Positions 1 through 9,296 of a stretch of 64,000 nt of DNA are shown one piece after another; position 1 is the first letter of the stretch, and the number at the start of each line of letters is the position of its first letter. The stretch comes from Alphaproteobacteria bacterium (GTDB taxonomy: Bacteria; Pseudomonadota; Alphaproteobacteria; Rs-D84), in NCBI GenBank assembly GCA_017427405.1, contig JAFRSV010000012.1, positions 5,103 to 69,102 of the forward strand, given 5' to 3'. The translations under genes and the position numbers were made by a program. Below the pieces are notes generated by a model. That model was not told the DNA's origin. It searched no databases and worked only from the letters and a program-made list of their open reading frames with translations.

Positions 1-645
1 ATCACAGAAATTGATATAAATCTTGGCAAATCAACCAGTGGTCCCGTGCAATCGAAAATTGTATCGGCATTAGACGGGTTTGATTGGAAACCGGGGTATA
101 GTTATTCGTTTGGTGGTATGGCGGAAATTCAGGGTGAAACAACCGGTGAAATTGGAACGGCGTTCTTGCTTGCCACGGTTTTAACATTTATGTTGTTGGC
201 GGCGATTTTGAATTCTTTGATTCATCCGCTTACCATTGCGACATCAATTATCACAAGTTTTGCGGGCGTGTTTATATTGCTGTTTTTATCGGGGGCATCA
301 ACGAATGTTGGTGCGATGCTTGCGTTCGTTATGTTGGTCGGGTTGGTGGTGAATAATAACATTTTGGTTTTGGAACCGACGGTAAACCGAATCGCAAATG
401 GTGAAAATGCCAAGATTGCATTGTGGACAGAATTGAATAATAAAAAAAATATGGTGTTGATGACATCTATTGCGGTTATGGCGGGTATGTTGCCACAACT
501 GTGGAGTGCCGATGGTATGAAGCGCGCGATGGCGGCGGTTATGATTGGTGGAATGTTGGCGTCGCTGATATGGACATTTACACTAACGCCGGCGTTGTTC
601 TTTGCGATGGAACGCCTGCGCCAAAGACTGAAAAGGAAAAAATAA
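1..645 (+). CDS. RND (AcrB/HAE1-type) efflux permease, C-terminal fragment running off the 5' edge
   Basis: Frame is open from nt 1. Has the hydrophobic C-terminal TM segments typical of RND pumps (LLATVLTFMLLAAILNS, MLAFVMLVGLVVNNNILV, MAAVMIGGMLASLIWTFTLTPALF) and a basic tail. Confidence 0.75.
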   Translation: MTEIDINLGKSTSGPVQSKIVSALDGFDWKPGYSYSFGGMAEIQGETTGEIGTAFLLATVLTFMLLAAILNSLIHPLTIATSIITSFAGVFILLFLSGASTNVGAMLAFVMLVGLVVNNNILVLEPTVNRIANGENAKIALWTELNNKKNMVLMTSIAVMAGMLPQLWSADGMKRAMAAVMIGGMLASLIWTFTLTPALFFAMERLRQRLKRKK

Positions 646-646
646 A

Positions 647-1105
647 ATGCCACAAGAAATTCGATTTTGTAAGCCCGAAGGCAAATATGGATTTTTAAGT
701 CCGTTGGCGGCGTTTCCGATAAAAATGTCTGTGGACGGTGAATATTTTATTTTTCCAACGGTGGAACATTATTACCAAGCGATGAAGTTTTATTCCAAAG
801 ATTCGCGGTTTGGTGTGATTTTGAAATTGGCGGATCCTGATGCGGCGCGGTTGCTTACAAAAACGCCGGAATATAAAATAAATCGTCGCAAAAATTTTGA
901 TAAAGAAAAGTTTGATATTATGGAACGCGCGTTGCGTGCAAAGTTTGAACAAAACCCAAATGCGGCGGAATTGTTGAAATCCACTGGTGATGCGATTTTA
1001 ATCAAATCTTGTCCGGTTTGTTATAAATGTGGTTTCGGTGAAGGCAGTGGTGAAAATCGTATCGGAAAAGTATTGATGCAAATTCGGTCAGGGTTGCAAA
1101 AGTAA
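647..1105 (+). CDS. NADAR (YbiA/DUF1768) family protein
   Basis: 152 aa. FPTVEHYYQAMKF and a C-terminal GENRIGKVLMQIR pattern resemble the YbiA-like N-glycosidase family. Starts 2 nt after the upstream stop. Confidence 0.65.
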   Translation: MPQEIRFCKPEGKYGFLSPLAAFPIKMSVDGEYFIFPTVEHYYQAMKFYSKDSRFGVILKLADPDAARLLTKTPEYKINRRKNFDKEKFDIMERALRAKFEQNPNAAELLKSTGDAILIKSCPVCYKCGFGEGSGENRIGKVLMQIRSGLQK

Positions 1106-1177
1106 ATTTGTTTTTTATTTGCTATATCCGTTTTCATTATTATAATTCGGTGAATTTTTAGATAAAGGTGTTTATGC

Positions 1178-1774
1178 ATGTTAAAACCTGTGGATGTTGT
1201 TTTGTTTGATTTTGATGGAACGCTGTCGTGGCCGGATTCGAATATGGCGTTTGGGCGTTACTGTTTCCGGCGCAGTTTGCGGCCGTGGTTGTTTTTGCCA
1301 CTGATTGGTGTGTGCTTTGTGGCGCGAACTTTTAATCGCGGCGGGGTGTGGTGGCGACAAAATATACGCCGGTTTATTACGCCGAATATGGTTAAAAAAT
1401 TCGTACCGGGTTTTGTGCGCGAACATATGCGGAATCGCTTTGGTTGGGCGGCAGAGCAAATTGCAAATGAACGCGCGCGTGGGAACAAGGTTTTACTGAT
1501 TACCGCATCGCCGGATTACCTGGTAAATGGGTTGGTGCGTGGTTTGCCGTTCGATGCGGTGATTTGTTCGAAAATGGATAAAAAAAGACCATGGAAATAT
1601 GAATTTTTGTGTTGGGGCAAAAATAAAGTTGTTGCGATGGACGAATGGGCGCTGGCACATAAATATATTCCGCATGTGGTGCGGGCGTATTCGGACAGTA
1701 AATATGATTTACCAATGATGTCCATCGCCGATGAACAGGTGTGGATAAATCCGAAAACAGGAATGAGAAGATAA
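1178..1774 (+). CDS. HAD-superfamily (subfamily IB-like) hydrolase
   Basis: N-terminal DxDxT motif (VLFDFDGTL) and a later SDSKYDLPM acidic motif. 198 aa. Confidence 0.6.
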   Translation: MLKPVDVVLFDFDGTLSWPDSNMAFGRYCFRRSLRPWLFLPLIGVCFVARTFNRGGVWWRQNIRRFITPNMVKKFVPGFVREHMRNRFGWAAEQIANERARGNKVLLITASPDYLVNGLVRGLPFDAVICSKMDKKRPWKYEFLCWGKNKVVAMDEWALAHKYIPHVVRAYSDSKYDLPMMSIADEQVWINPKTGMRR

Positions 1775-1784
1775 CACTTTCCGC

Positions 1785-1825
1785 TATTTATCAAAATCTA
1801 GTTCTTTAATCTTTTCTGCGCGGGG
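1785..1825. repeat. Direct repeat copy 1, an orphan duplicate of the rmuC 3' end
   Basis: Identical over 41 nt to 2132..2172 (tatttatcaaaatctagttctttaatcttttctgcgcgggg). The period is 347 nt. Confidence 0.95.
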
Positions 1826-2131
1826 ATAAGTTCCCCTCCTGCGGAGGGGTGCCTCGCTGTAGCGATAGCGAAAGCGGGCGGGGTGGGGGTGAAAATAAAA
1901 TATGTTTCTTTTTTTTATTACCCCCACCTCGTCGCCGTTCGGCGCCACTCCTCCGGGGGAGGAGAACTTCGCTATCTGGAATAATTTTGTAATTATAAAA
2001 ATATAAAAAAATACTAACCCATGCCTCGCTGTAGCCTTGGCGTAGGCGGATGGCACCGAACGGCGACGGGGTAGTGGCCCATACCCCACCGCGTTCCGCG
2101 GTCCCCCCCTTTCCCAAAGGAAAGGGGAATT
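1826..2131. repeat. Cluster of short palindromic family-A repeat units inserted between the two 41-nt direct repeats
   Basis: Carries gttcccctcc-tgcg-ggagggg, ccgttcggcgcc...ctccggggga ggagaac, and ccgcgttccgcgg...ccctttcccaaaggaaagggg hairpins related to copies elsewhere in the window. Confidence 0.85.
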
Positions 2132-3009
2132 TATTTATCAAAATCTAGTTCTTTAATCTTTTCTGCGCGGGGGGTGATTTTGCCGATGGAGGTTTGTAAT
2201 TGTTCTATGTCCGTTTGGGCAAGGTTAAAGTGTTGTGAAACTTTGCCCGCGCGGTCCGCAAGTCGCGAAAGGTCGGTTAGCAACATGTCAAGTTCGCGTT
2301 TAATTTGACCCGCAACACGTTTGATTTTTATGTCTGACAGCACCGCGCGGATTGTGTTTAGTGTTGCCCACAATGTCGCCGGTGAAACAATAAATACTTT
2401 CTTGCGTGCGGCATATTCTATTGCACCCGGGAATTCGCGGTGTAATGTTTCGAATATGGATTCGCTTGCTATAAACATCATTGCAACCTCGGCCGTTTTG
2501 CCGGGTATAATGTATTTTTCCGCGATTGCATCAATGTGCTTGCGGACGTCCAGTTCGAATTGCTTGCGATACAGTTCCGGGTTTTCGCCGTTCATCATAT
2601 GATTGTATGATTCCAATGGAAATTTACTGTCGATAATCATGTCGCCCGGCGGATAGGGCAGGCGGATTATGCAATCGGGCCGCACGCCTGTATCCAACAC
2701 ACTTTGAAACGCGTATGTTTCGGGTGGCATGATGTCGGCGATTAAATCCGCAAGTTGCCGTTCGCCAAATGTGCCGCGCGCCTGTTTATTGCCCATAAGG
2801 ATATTTTTGAAATTCGCGATATCCGAACTGATGTTTTTAAGTTCAATCGCATTTTGCGACAGTGCGCCAAGCCGTTCCGATAACCGTTCGCGCAGGCGTG
2901 CGTTGTCTTCGCGCAGTGCCGACATATCCGTTGTTGCCGGCCGCATAAGCAGCGCGCCCAGCATGATGATTATAACCCCGCACATCGCAATTAAAATATA
3001 AGTTGTCAT
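2131..3009 (-). CDS. rmuC: DNA recombination protein RmuC
   Basis: N-terminal TM segment plus coiled coil, then an RmuC core (GERQLADLI, PDCIIRLP, IIDSKFPLESY). The start at 3009 has an upstream AGGAAA. The longer ORF to 3258 overlaps def and is unlikely. Confidence 0.8.
   Translation of the reverse strand: MTTYILIAMCGVIIIMLGALLMRPATTDMSALREDNARLRERLSERLGALSQNAIELKNISSDIANFKNILMGNKQARGTFGERQLADLIADIMPPETYAFQSVLDTGVRPDCIIRLPYPPGDMIIDSKFPLESYNHMMNGENPELYRKQFELDVRKHIDAIAEKYIIPGKTAEVAMMFIASESIFETLHREFPGAIEYAARKKVFIVSPATLWATLNTIRAVLSDIKIKRVAGQIKRELDMLLTDLSRLADRAGKVSQHFNLAQTDIEQLQTSIGKITPRAEKIKELDFDK
2132..2172. repeat. Direct repeat copy 2, the functional 3' end of rmuC
   Basis: Identical to 1785..1825. 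Encodes the last residues PRAEKIKELDFDK plus the stop of rmuC. Confidence 0.95.
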
Positions 3010-3052
3010 TTGGTTTTCCTTTGCTATCATTTTATTATAAAAGGATTTAGAT

Positions 3053-3553
3053 ATGTTGCAAATGAAACTTTGTGGCGATTTGGTGTTGCGGGAAAAATGT
3101 GCGCCCGTGGGTGCCATAACGCCGGAAATTTTGCAGAATATGGACGAAATGGTTAAAATGATGTCCGAACAAAATGGGGTTGGCCTTGCCGCGCCCCAGG
3201 TTGGTGTGTTGCAACGGTTCTTGGTTATGATGAATCCGGACACAAATGAAGTTTTCAAAATGATAAACCCGGTAATCGTGTCGCGGTCGGCGGAAACGGC
3301 CGTGATGGAGGAAGGGTGTCTTTCGGTATTGGGACCCGACGGGTTGCCGGTCTATGCAAATGTGACGCGGCCGGCGGTTGTGACGGTCGAATGGACGGAT
3401 ACGGCGGGGCAAAGGTGCGCGACGGAAATGTCCGGGTTGCCCGCGCGGATTGTTCAACATGAAACCGACCATTTAGACGGGATTTTGTTTATTGACTATC
3501 TTTCGCCGGTAAAGCGGGAAATGGTTATGCGCAAGGTAAGGCGGCGGAAATGA
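3053..3553 (+). CDS. def: Peptide deformylase
   Basis: GLAAPQ, EGCLSV and QHETDH metal-binding motifs. Confidence 0.95.
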   Translation: MLQMKLCGDLVLREKCAPVGAITPEILQNMDEMVKMMSEQNGVGLAAPQVGVLQRFLVMMNPDTNEVFKMINPVIVSRSAETAVMEEGCLSVLGPDGLPVYANVTRPAVVTVEWTDTAGQRCATEMSGLPARIVQHETDHLDGILFIDYLSPVKREMVMRKVRRRK

Positions 3554-4353
3554 ATGTAGTTCTGATGGGAACACCCGATTTTGTTGTGCCGATTTTTGAT
3601 GCGATTGCCGCACGGCATAATGTTTTGGGTGTCTTTACGCGCGCGCCAAAGCCGGTTGGGCGAAAGCATGTTATTACAAAATCGCCGGTGCACGTGTGGG
3701 CGGAATCGCGGGGGTTGCCGGTCTATCATAAACCCGCCGAATATAATTTTACGCCCGATATGGTCTTTGTTGCGGCATATGGTGCGATATTGCGTGATAA
3801 TGTTTTGAATTCGGCGCCGTGTGTAAATTTGCACCCAAGTTTGTTGCCGCTGTATCGTGGACCGTCGCCGATTATAACCGCAATTAAAAACGGTGATGCG
3901 GAAAGTGGCGTGTGCCTAATGAAAATGACGGCGGAATTGGATGCGGGCGATGTTTTAATGTGTCGCAGGTTTGATATTGATATTGATGATACAACCGAAT
4001 CGGTGGAACAAAAGGTTTCAAAAATTGGCGCGGATATGATTTTGGAATATATGGAAAATCCGCAAAAATATCCCCCAATTCCGCAAAGTGGAAAAATCGT
4101 CTATACGGCGAAAACCGGCGTATACGATGAAATAATAGATTGGAAAAAGATGCCGATTGAAATACATAATTTGGTCCGCAGCATGGGTGCGGGGCGGACA
4201 AAAATAAACGGAATTGATGTTAAGATTTTAAAGACAAAAATGAACGGCGATAATTTGGAAGTTTTAACAATTCAACCCGCGGGTAAAAAACCGATGGATT
4301 GGAAAAGTTTTGTAAATGGACTGCGTGGTGCAGAAATAAAGTTTGGGGAATAA
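3550..4353 (+). CDS. fmt: Methionyl-tRNA formyltransferase (short, 267 aa)
   Basis: MGTPDF N-terminus and HPSLLPLYRGPSPI motif. Overlaps the def stop by 4 nt. Confidence 0.9.
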   Translation: MNVVLMGTPDFVVPIFDAIAARHNVLGVFTRAPKPVGRKHVITKSPVHVWAESRGLPVYHKPAEYNFTPDMVFVAAYGAILRDNVLNSAPCVNLHPSLLPLYRGPSPIITAIKNGDAESGVCLMKMTAELDAGDVLMCRRFDIDIDDTTESVEQKVSKIGADMILEYMENPQKYPPIPQSGKIVYTAKTGVYDEIIDWKKMPIEIHNLVRSMGAGRTKINGIDVKILKTKMNGDNLEVLTIQPAGKKPMDWKSFVNGLRGAEIKFGE

Positions 4354-5096
4354 TGACGCGATATAAAGTAATCTTGGAATACGATGGAACGAATCTGATT
4401 GGGTGGCAAGAAAACCGCCAAGGGCCGTCGGTGCAATCGTTGCTAAAAGATGCGATAGAAAAATTCTGCGGTGCGCGGCCCGATGTTGTTGGGGCTGGGC
4501 GGACGGATGCGGGGGTGCATGCGGTCGCAATGGTTGCGCATTTTGATTTGGATTCCGATGCGGATGCAAATACTGTTATGCGGGCGATGAATTTCTATCT
4601 GAATGATGCGCCGGTGTCGGTTTTGAACTGTGAAATTGTATCTGGGGATTTTAATGCGCGTTTTTCGTGTGTGATGCGGCACTATAAATACATAGTTCTA
4701 AATCGTTCTGCGCCGCCGGTATTGGATAAGAATCGCGCATGGTGGGTGCCACGGAAATTAAACATCAGGAAAATGCGTGATGCGGCGCGGCTTTTGGTTG
4801 GGGAACACGATTGGACATCTTTTAGGGCGTCACAATGCCAGGCCAAAAGTCCAATAAAAACCCTTGATTCTTGCCGTATAGAAAGAAAAGATGATTTGGT
4901 TGTTTTTGATTTTTCGGCGCGTTCGTTTTTGCATCACCAGGTTAGAAATATGGTTGGAACATTGGTTGAAATTGGTATTGGTGCTGATTACGATATAAAT
5001 GAAATCTTTGTAGCGCGCGACCGTTCGGCGGCGGGCGCAACCGCGCCGGCATGTGGGCTTTATTTTATTCAGGCCGATTATGCCACCACCGATTAG
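4353..5096 (+). CDS. truA: tRNA pseudouridine(38-40) synthase TruA
   Basis: YKVILEYDGTNLIGWQ N-terminus and GRTDAGVHA catalytic motif. TAATG overlap with the fmt stop. Confidence 0.9.
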   Translation: MTRYKVILEYDGTNLIGWQENRQGPSVQSLLKDAIEKFCGARPDVVGAGRTDAGVHAVAMVAHFDLDSDADANTVMRAMNFYLNDAPVSVLNCEIVSGDFNARFSCVMRHYKYIVLNRSAPPVLDKNRAWWVPRKLNIRKMRDAARLLVGEHDWTSFRASQCQAKSPIKTLDSCRIERKDDLVVFDFSARSFLHHQVRNMVGTLVEIGIGADYDINEIFVARDRSAAGATAPACGLYFIQADYATTD

Positions 5097-6996
5097 ACGG
5101 AATTTGAATCATCTTGCCAGATTGATATATTACACCACCGTTTTGTATAATTTTATTTGCACACTTTTCGGAATTTATATCAAAGTTTGATGCAATATAT
5201 TTTATGCGTGGGTTTTCACAAAGAGTCAAAAAGTTTTTAGAAAGTGATACAAAATTTTTGAAACAAACGATGTCAAAATTTTTTGCTGAAATTGTGTATA
5301 CGCCTGATTCCGCCGTAAAGCGCAAATTTTCTGTGCCGGGTCGTTCACCATTAAATTTCTTCCAATTATCAAATGCAAAGTAATTTCCACTGTCGTGTGA
5401 TTTGTTAAATTGTAGTTTTCCATCAATTTGTGTGGCGATAAGTTTGCGGTCAGAACTGATATAGAAAATGGGTTTTGGGTTTGCAGCACAAATTGTTATG
5501 CCTGTGGCAATAAGTAAAATTGCGCCAAATGGCCCGATATGCCTGGCGAAAAATTTTCTGAAACTTGTGTCATCTTTGATAAGGATTAAACACGCCAAAC
5601 CAGTGGTTATTAGTATAACTGCGGTGTTCGGTATGTTGCCGATTGTGATTTCTGAATACGGTATTTGTGATAATCTTTCGGCGATTGTGTATGCGTGGTT
5701 ATATATTATGTGCGCAATTTCCAAAGGCGCATGTATGCCGACCAATGCGCATATTGTTCCGATAATTACAAGTGGCATTATGATAAAAGAGAATATTGGC
5801 AAGAATATAATATTGCCGATAATGCCATAAATTGGAATTGTTCCAAAGTGTAAAATTATAAACGGTGCGGTGAACACTGTTGCCACTAATGCGGTTAAAA
5901 CCGCCGTATAGAGATATTTTAATGCTTTGAAATTTGGTGTTCGGGGCTTTATGTTTTGCCACAACCAAATGATTCCGAATATTGCGGCAAAAGATAATTG
6001 AAACCCCGCGGTCATTACATAATATGGATTGAAAATCATAATTGCAAAAAGTGCAATTGATATCATGCGTAATGATAATGCGTTGCGTCCAAACATAAAT
6101 GCCACCATAACAAGCGTAGACATAATAAACGCACGAAGTGTCGCAACGCCGGCGCCGGATATAAAAATATACCCAAGTAAACCAATCCATGTACAGGCAA
6201 GGGCAGGGATACGCGCAGGAACATGGCGAACAAGGGGTGGAATTAGTCTGAATATAAGATAAAATAATATGAATAACCAACCGCCGATAAGTGTCATGTG
6301 ATAACCACTGATTGACCAAATGTGTGCCATGCCATTTGTTGCCCATGTGTCGCGATGACAATCGGGCAGGGCGTTTTTATAACCCAAAACAAGACCATCT
6401 GTTAAAAAAGATTTTGATAATTCGTGTATATGTTCGCGAACGCTGTATACGGCGGAATCCGGCGTATAGATAATTTTTATGTCGCGCAAATATCCGGTTG
6501 CAGAAAGGTTTTTGAAATACATATGCCTTGCGAAATCAAATCCATGTGGTATATCGGCGGGTTTTGGTTTGAACAGGCCGCCGTTGCCGGATATGGTGTC
6601 GCCAACTTTTATATCGATTGTGTCCGTTGTTGATACGCGCACTTTCCCAAAGTTTTCGGTGCACATATATATTTTTGTCTTTTCGCCACCGGTATCAATT
6701 TCTGTTACGCGTCCCCTGATTTCCGTGCCATGTATGTCGTGGCGCAGCATTGGAACATTTTTCATATGTGTGTATATGCCGGCGTATCCAAAACCCAATA
6801 TAAAACACGCGACGATTGCAAAAAATGGTCGCCGCCGCAGTGCGATTATTGCGGAAACACCGATTATAGACATAATTGCAAGTGTGGTAATCTGTGGTTC
6901 GTTAAATAATGAAAAATAAAGTGCGATACCGAACGCCGTCACAATCGGTGACCATAAAAATAAATTTTCGCGTTGATTATACAGAAATTTTTTCAT
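5065..6996 (-). CDS. comEC: ComEC/Rec2 family DNA internalization channel protein
   Basis: 643 aa polytopic membrane protein with a ComEC-like core. The 3' end overlaps convergently with truA. Confidence 0.8.
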   Translation of the reverse strand: MKKFLYNQRENLFLWSPIVTAFGIALYFSLFNEPQITTLAIMSIIGVSAIIALRRRPFFAIVACFILGFGYAGIYTHMKNVPMLRHDIHGTEIRGRVTEIDTGGEKTKIYMCTENFGKVRVSTTDTIDIKVGDTISGNGGLFKPKPADIPHGFDFARHMYFKNLSATGYLRDIKIIYTPDSAVYSVREHIHELSKSFLTDGLVLGYKNALPDCHRDTWATNGMAHIWSISGYHMTLIGGWLFILFYLIFRLIPPLVRHVPARIPALACTWIGLLGYIFISGAGVATLRAFIMSTLVMVAFMFGRNALSLRMISIALFAIMIFNPYYVMTAGFQLSFAAIFGIIWLWQNIKPRTPNFKALKYLYTAVLTALVATVFTAPFIILHFGTIPIYGIIGNIIFLPIFSFIIMPLVIIGTICALVGIHAPLEIAHIIYNHAYTIAERLSQIPYSEITIGNIPNTAVILITTGLACLILIKDDTSFRKFFARHIGPFGAILLIATGITICAANPKPIFYISSDRKLIATQIDGKLQFNKSHDSGNYFAFDNWKKFNGERPGTENLRFTAESGVYTISAKNFDIVCFKNFVSLSKNFLTLCENPRIKYIASNFDINSEKCANKIIQNGGVIYQSGKMIQIPSNRWWHNRPE

Positions 6997-7020
6997 GGGG
7001 CATATTATAGGATTTTATTA

Positions 7021-7050
7021 TTGATTGGCAACCACGATTTTTTGTAGAAT
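7021..7050 (+). promoter_or_regulatory. Candidate sigma70-type promoter for pyrG
   Basis: TTGATT, 18 nt, TAGAAT, about 25 nt upstream of the AAGGAG RBS. Confidence 0.35.
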
Positions 7051-7075
7051 TTTTACACATAAGGAGAAAAAACTT

Positions 7076-8644
7076 ATGTCGAAATATATATTTGTGACCG
7101 GTGGGGTCGTTTCAAGTTTAGGCAAGGGCGTTTCGGCGGCATCGTTGGGCGCCCTTTTACAATCCCGTGGATACAGCGTTCATGTGCGCAAATTTGACCC
7201 GTATTTGAATGTGGACCCGGGGACAATGTCGCCGTTACAACATGGCGAAGTATATGTCACCAATGACGGGTTCGAAACAGATTTGGACCTTGGGTATTAC
7301 GAACGATTTTTGGGTATAAAACTGTCCAAAAACGATTCGGTGTCGGGCGGGCGCATTTATTGGGAGGTTTTAAATGCCGAACGGCGTGGCGATTATTTGG
7401 GTGCGACGGTGCAAATGATTCCGCATGTCACGAACAAGATAAAAGAACATATCGGGGTGCCAACGGATACTGATTTTGTGATTTGTGAAATCGGTGGCAC
7501 GGTCGGTGATATCGAAGGCAAAGTTTTTCTTGAATCGATTCGACAATTTGCAAACGAGGTGGGTCGCCGAAATGTTATGTTCGCGCATTTAACACTTGCG
7601 CCATATTTGGAACAAAGCGGTGAATTGAAAACCAAACCAACCCAGATGTCGGTGCGGCGGTTGCTTGAAAACGGGATTCAGGCGGATGTTTTGTTCGTGC
7701 GGTCGCCGCGTATGCTGACCGCGGATGAACGCGCAAAGATTGGTATGTTCTGTAATTTGCCGGCGAAAAACGTTATTACCAGTATGGATGTTGATAATAT
7801 CTATAAGATTCCGTTGGTTTATGACGGACAAGATGTTTTCAATATAATGGCGCAACACTTTGGTTTGCCAGAGGCCGCCGGTGATATGTCGAAAATTAAA
7901 AAAATAGAACAGTATTTGAATGCGGATTTACCGGTATGCACCGTTGGTGTGGTTGGAAAATACTTTGATGTGGCGGATGCGTATAAATCGTTGAACGAGG
8001 CGTTGTTTCATGCGGGAATTCAAAACAATGTGCGCGTAAAAATAAAAAAGATAGATGCGGAAAATTTTTCAGACACAGATTGCGCGGATGTTGATGCGAT
8101 TCTTGTGCCCGGTGGTTTTGGGGTGCGTGGGGTCGAAGGCAAAATTGCCGCGGCGCGGTATGCGCGTGAAAATAATGTTCCGTATATGGGGATTTGTTTG
8201 GGAATGCAGGTCGCCGTCATAGAATTTATGCGAAATATTGTTGGGGACGAACGTGCAAATTCTACGGAATTTACAAAAAATTGCACGCCGGTCATAGATA
8301 TTATGCGCGATTGTGATGCGGAAAATATGGGCGGAACTTTGCGTTTGGGTGCGTACCCGTGTGAGATTAAATCCGGGACAATGGCGGAAAAAATCTATGG
8401 TTCAAATCATATTTCCGAACGGCATCGGCACAGGTACGAAGTGAACATTGAATATAAAGATACGTTGGAAAAAAACGGTATGATAATTTCAGGTATGTCG
8501 CCTGACGGTAAATTGCCAGAAATGATAGAGATACCGTCGCATAGATTTTTTGTGGCGGGACAATTTCATCCGGAATTTCAGAGTAATCCGTTTACCGGAC
8601 ATCCGTTGTTCAATGCCTTTGTTGCCGCGGCAAAAGACAAGTAA
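7076..8644 (+). CDS. pyrG: CTP synthase
   Basis: GGVVSSLGKG N-terminus, GATase GICLGMQ and HRHRYE motifs. AAGGAG RBS before the ATG at 7076. Confidence 0.97.
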   Translation: MSKYIFVTGGVVSSLGKGVSAASLGALLQSRGYSVHVRKFDPYLNVDPGTMSPLQHGEVYVTNDGFETDLDLGYYERFLGIKLSKNDSVSGGRIYWEVLNAERRGDYLGATVQMIPHVTNKIKEHIGVPTDTDFVICEIGGTVGDIEGKVFLESIRQFANEVGRRNVMFAHLTLAPYLEQSGELKTKPTQMSVRRLLENGIQADVLFVRSPRMLTADERAKIGMFCNLPAKNVITSMDVDNIYKIPLVYDGQDVFNIMAQHFGLPEAAGDMSKIKKIEQYLNADLPVCTVGVVGKYFDVADAYKSLNEALFHAGIQNNVRVKIKKIDAENFSDTDCADVDAILVPGGFGVRGVEGKIAAARYARENNVPYMGICLGMQVAVIEFMRNIVGDERANSTEFTKNCTPVIDIMRDCDAENMGGTLRLGAYPCEIKSGTMAEKIYGSNHISERHRHRYEVNIEYKDTLEKNGMIISGMSPDGKLPEMIEIPSHRFFVAGQFHPEFQSNPFTGHPLFNAFVAAAKDK

Positions 8645-8965
8645 TTACTTACCGAATATAAAATCCGAATTCGATGATATTTTAACGATTTCGTCAATGT
8701 CATCGTTTTCGGATGTGTGTTGTCGAATCGTTTTTCCGCATTTTTGACATTTGTGTGTAATAATGTATCCATCCCTATTGGGTTCGGCGGAAATTGGTTC
8801 CATCATACCGCCACATATTGCGGCGCGGTCGCCGGGGTTATTATCAACATGGCGCGACCATAAACATTTTGGGCAATGGTTTGTGTATCCATTGCCCACG
8901 ACCGTTGCCCCACAATGGGCGCAAACAAAATCTTCAACGGTTTTTGTGAATTTTTTCATTTGCAA
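8645..8965 (-). CDS. RNHCP domain zinc-ribbon protein
   Basis: YTNHCPKCLWSRHVD plus additional CxxC pairs (CAHCG, CQKCG). Confidence 0.6.
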   Translation of the reverse strand: MQMKKFTKTVEDFVCAHCGATVVGNGYTNHCPKCLWSRHVDNNPGDRAAICGGMMEPISAEPNRDGYIITHKCQKCGKTIRQHTSENDDIDEIVKISSNSDFIFGK

Positions 8966-8968
8966 AAA

Positions 8969-9217
8969 TTACAGCCCAAGTGCATTACGATACATCTTGG
9001 TCAATTCGTCGGTTTCGTCCAATTCATCCGGGTCCATTTTGCGCAGACGAATCATTTGCCGAATATATTTCGGGTCATATCCGGCGGATTTTGCCTCTGT
9101 AAAAATTTCTTTGATATCCGCAGCGATGGCCGCGCTATCTTCGTTTAATTTTTCGATTCGTTCAATGATACCAAGCAATTGTTGGTTATCAAAACTTCCG
9201 TGGTTTGCATTTTTCAT
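8969..9217 (-). CDS. gapR: GapR-like DUF2312/UPF0335 nucleoid-associated protein
   Basis: 82 aa. LLGIIERIEKLNEDSAAIAADIKEIFTEAKSAGYDPKYIRQMIRLRK matches the alphaproteobacterial DUF2312 pattern. Confidence 0.8.
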   Translation of the reverse strand: MKNANHGSFDNQQLLGIIERIEKLNEDSAAIAADIKEIFTEAKSAGYDPKYIRQMIRLRKMDPDELDETDELTKMYRNALGL

Positions 9218-9296
9218 TGATGTTTTCCCCTTGTTAAAGTGACCTTTTTATGATATACAATAAAACATAAAAATCAACCAGAGAGATTGCAAAATT

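Noticed and set aside
1784-2141. Two minus-strand ORFs (101 and 111 aa) and one apparent second copy of the RmuC C-terminus
   Set aside because: They are composed almost entirely of palindromic repeat sequence (P/G/R-rich translations). The shared ...AEKIKELDFDK ending is explained by the 41-nt direct repeat, not by a second gene.
5065-5096. 32-nt convergent overlap of truA and comEC as a possible mis-annotation or frameshift
   Set aside because: Both ORFs show family-typical sequence up to their ends. Short convergent overlaps are plausible in a compact genome, and I see no evidence of disruption.
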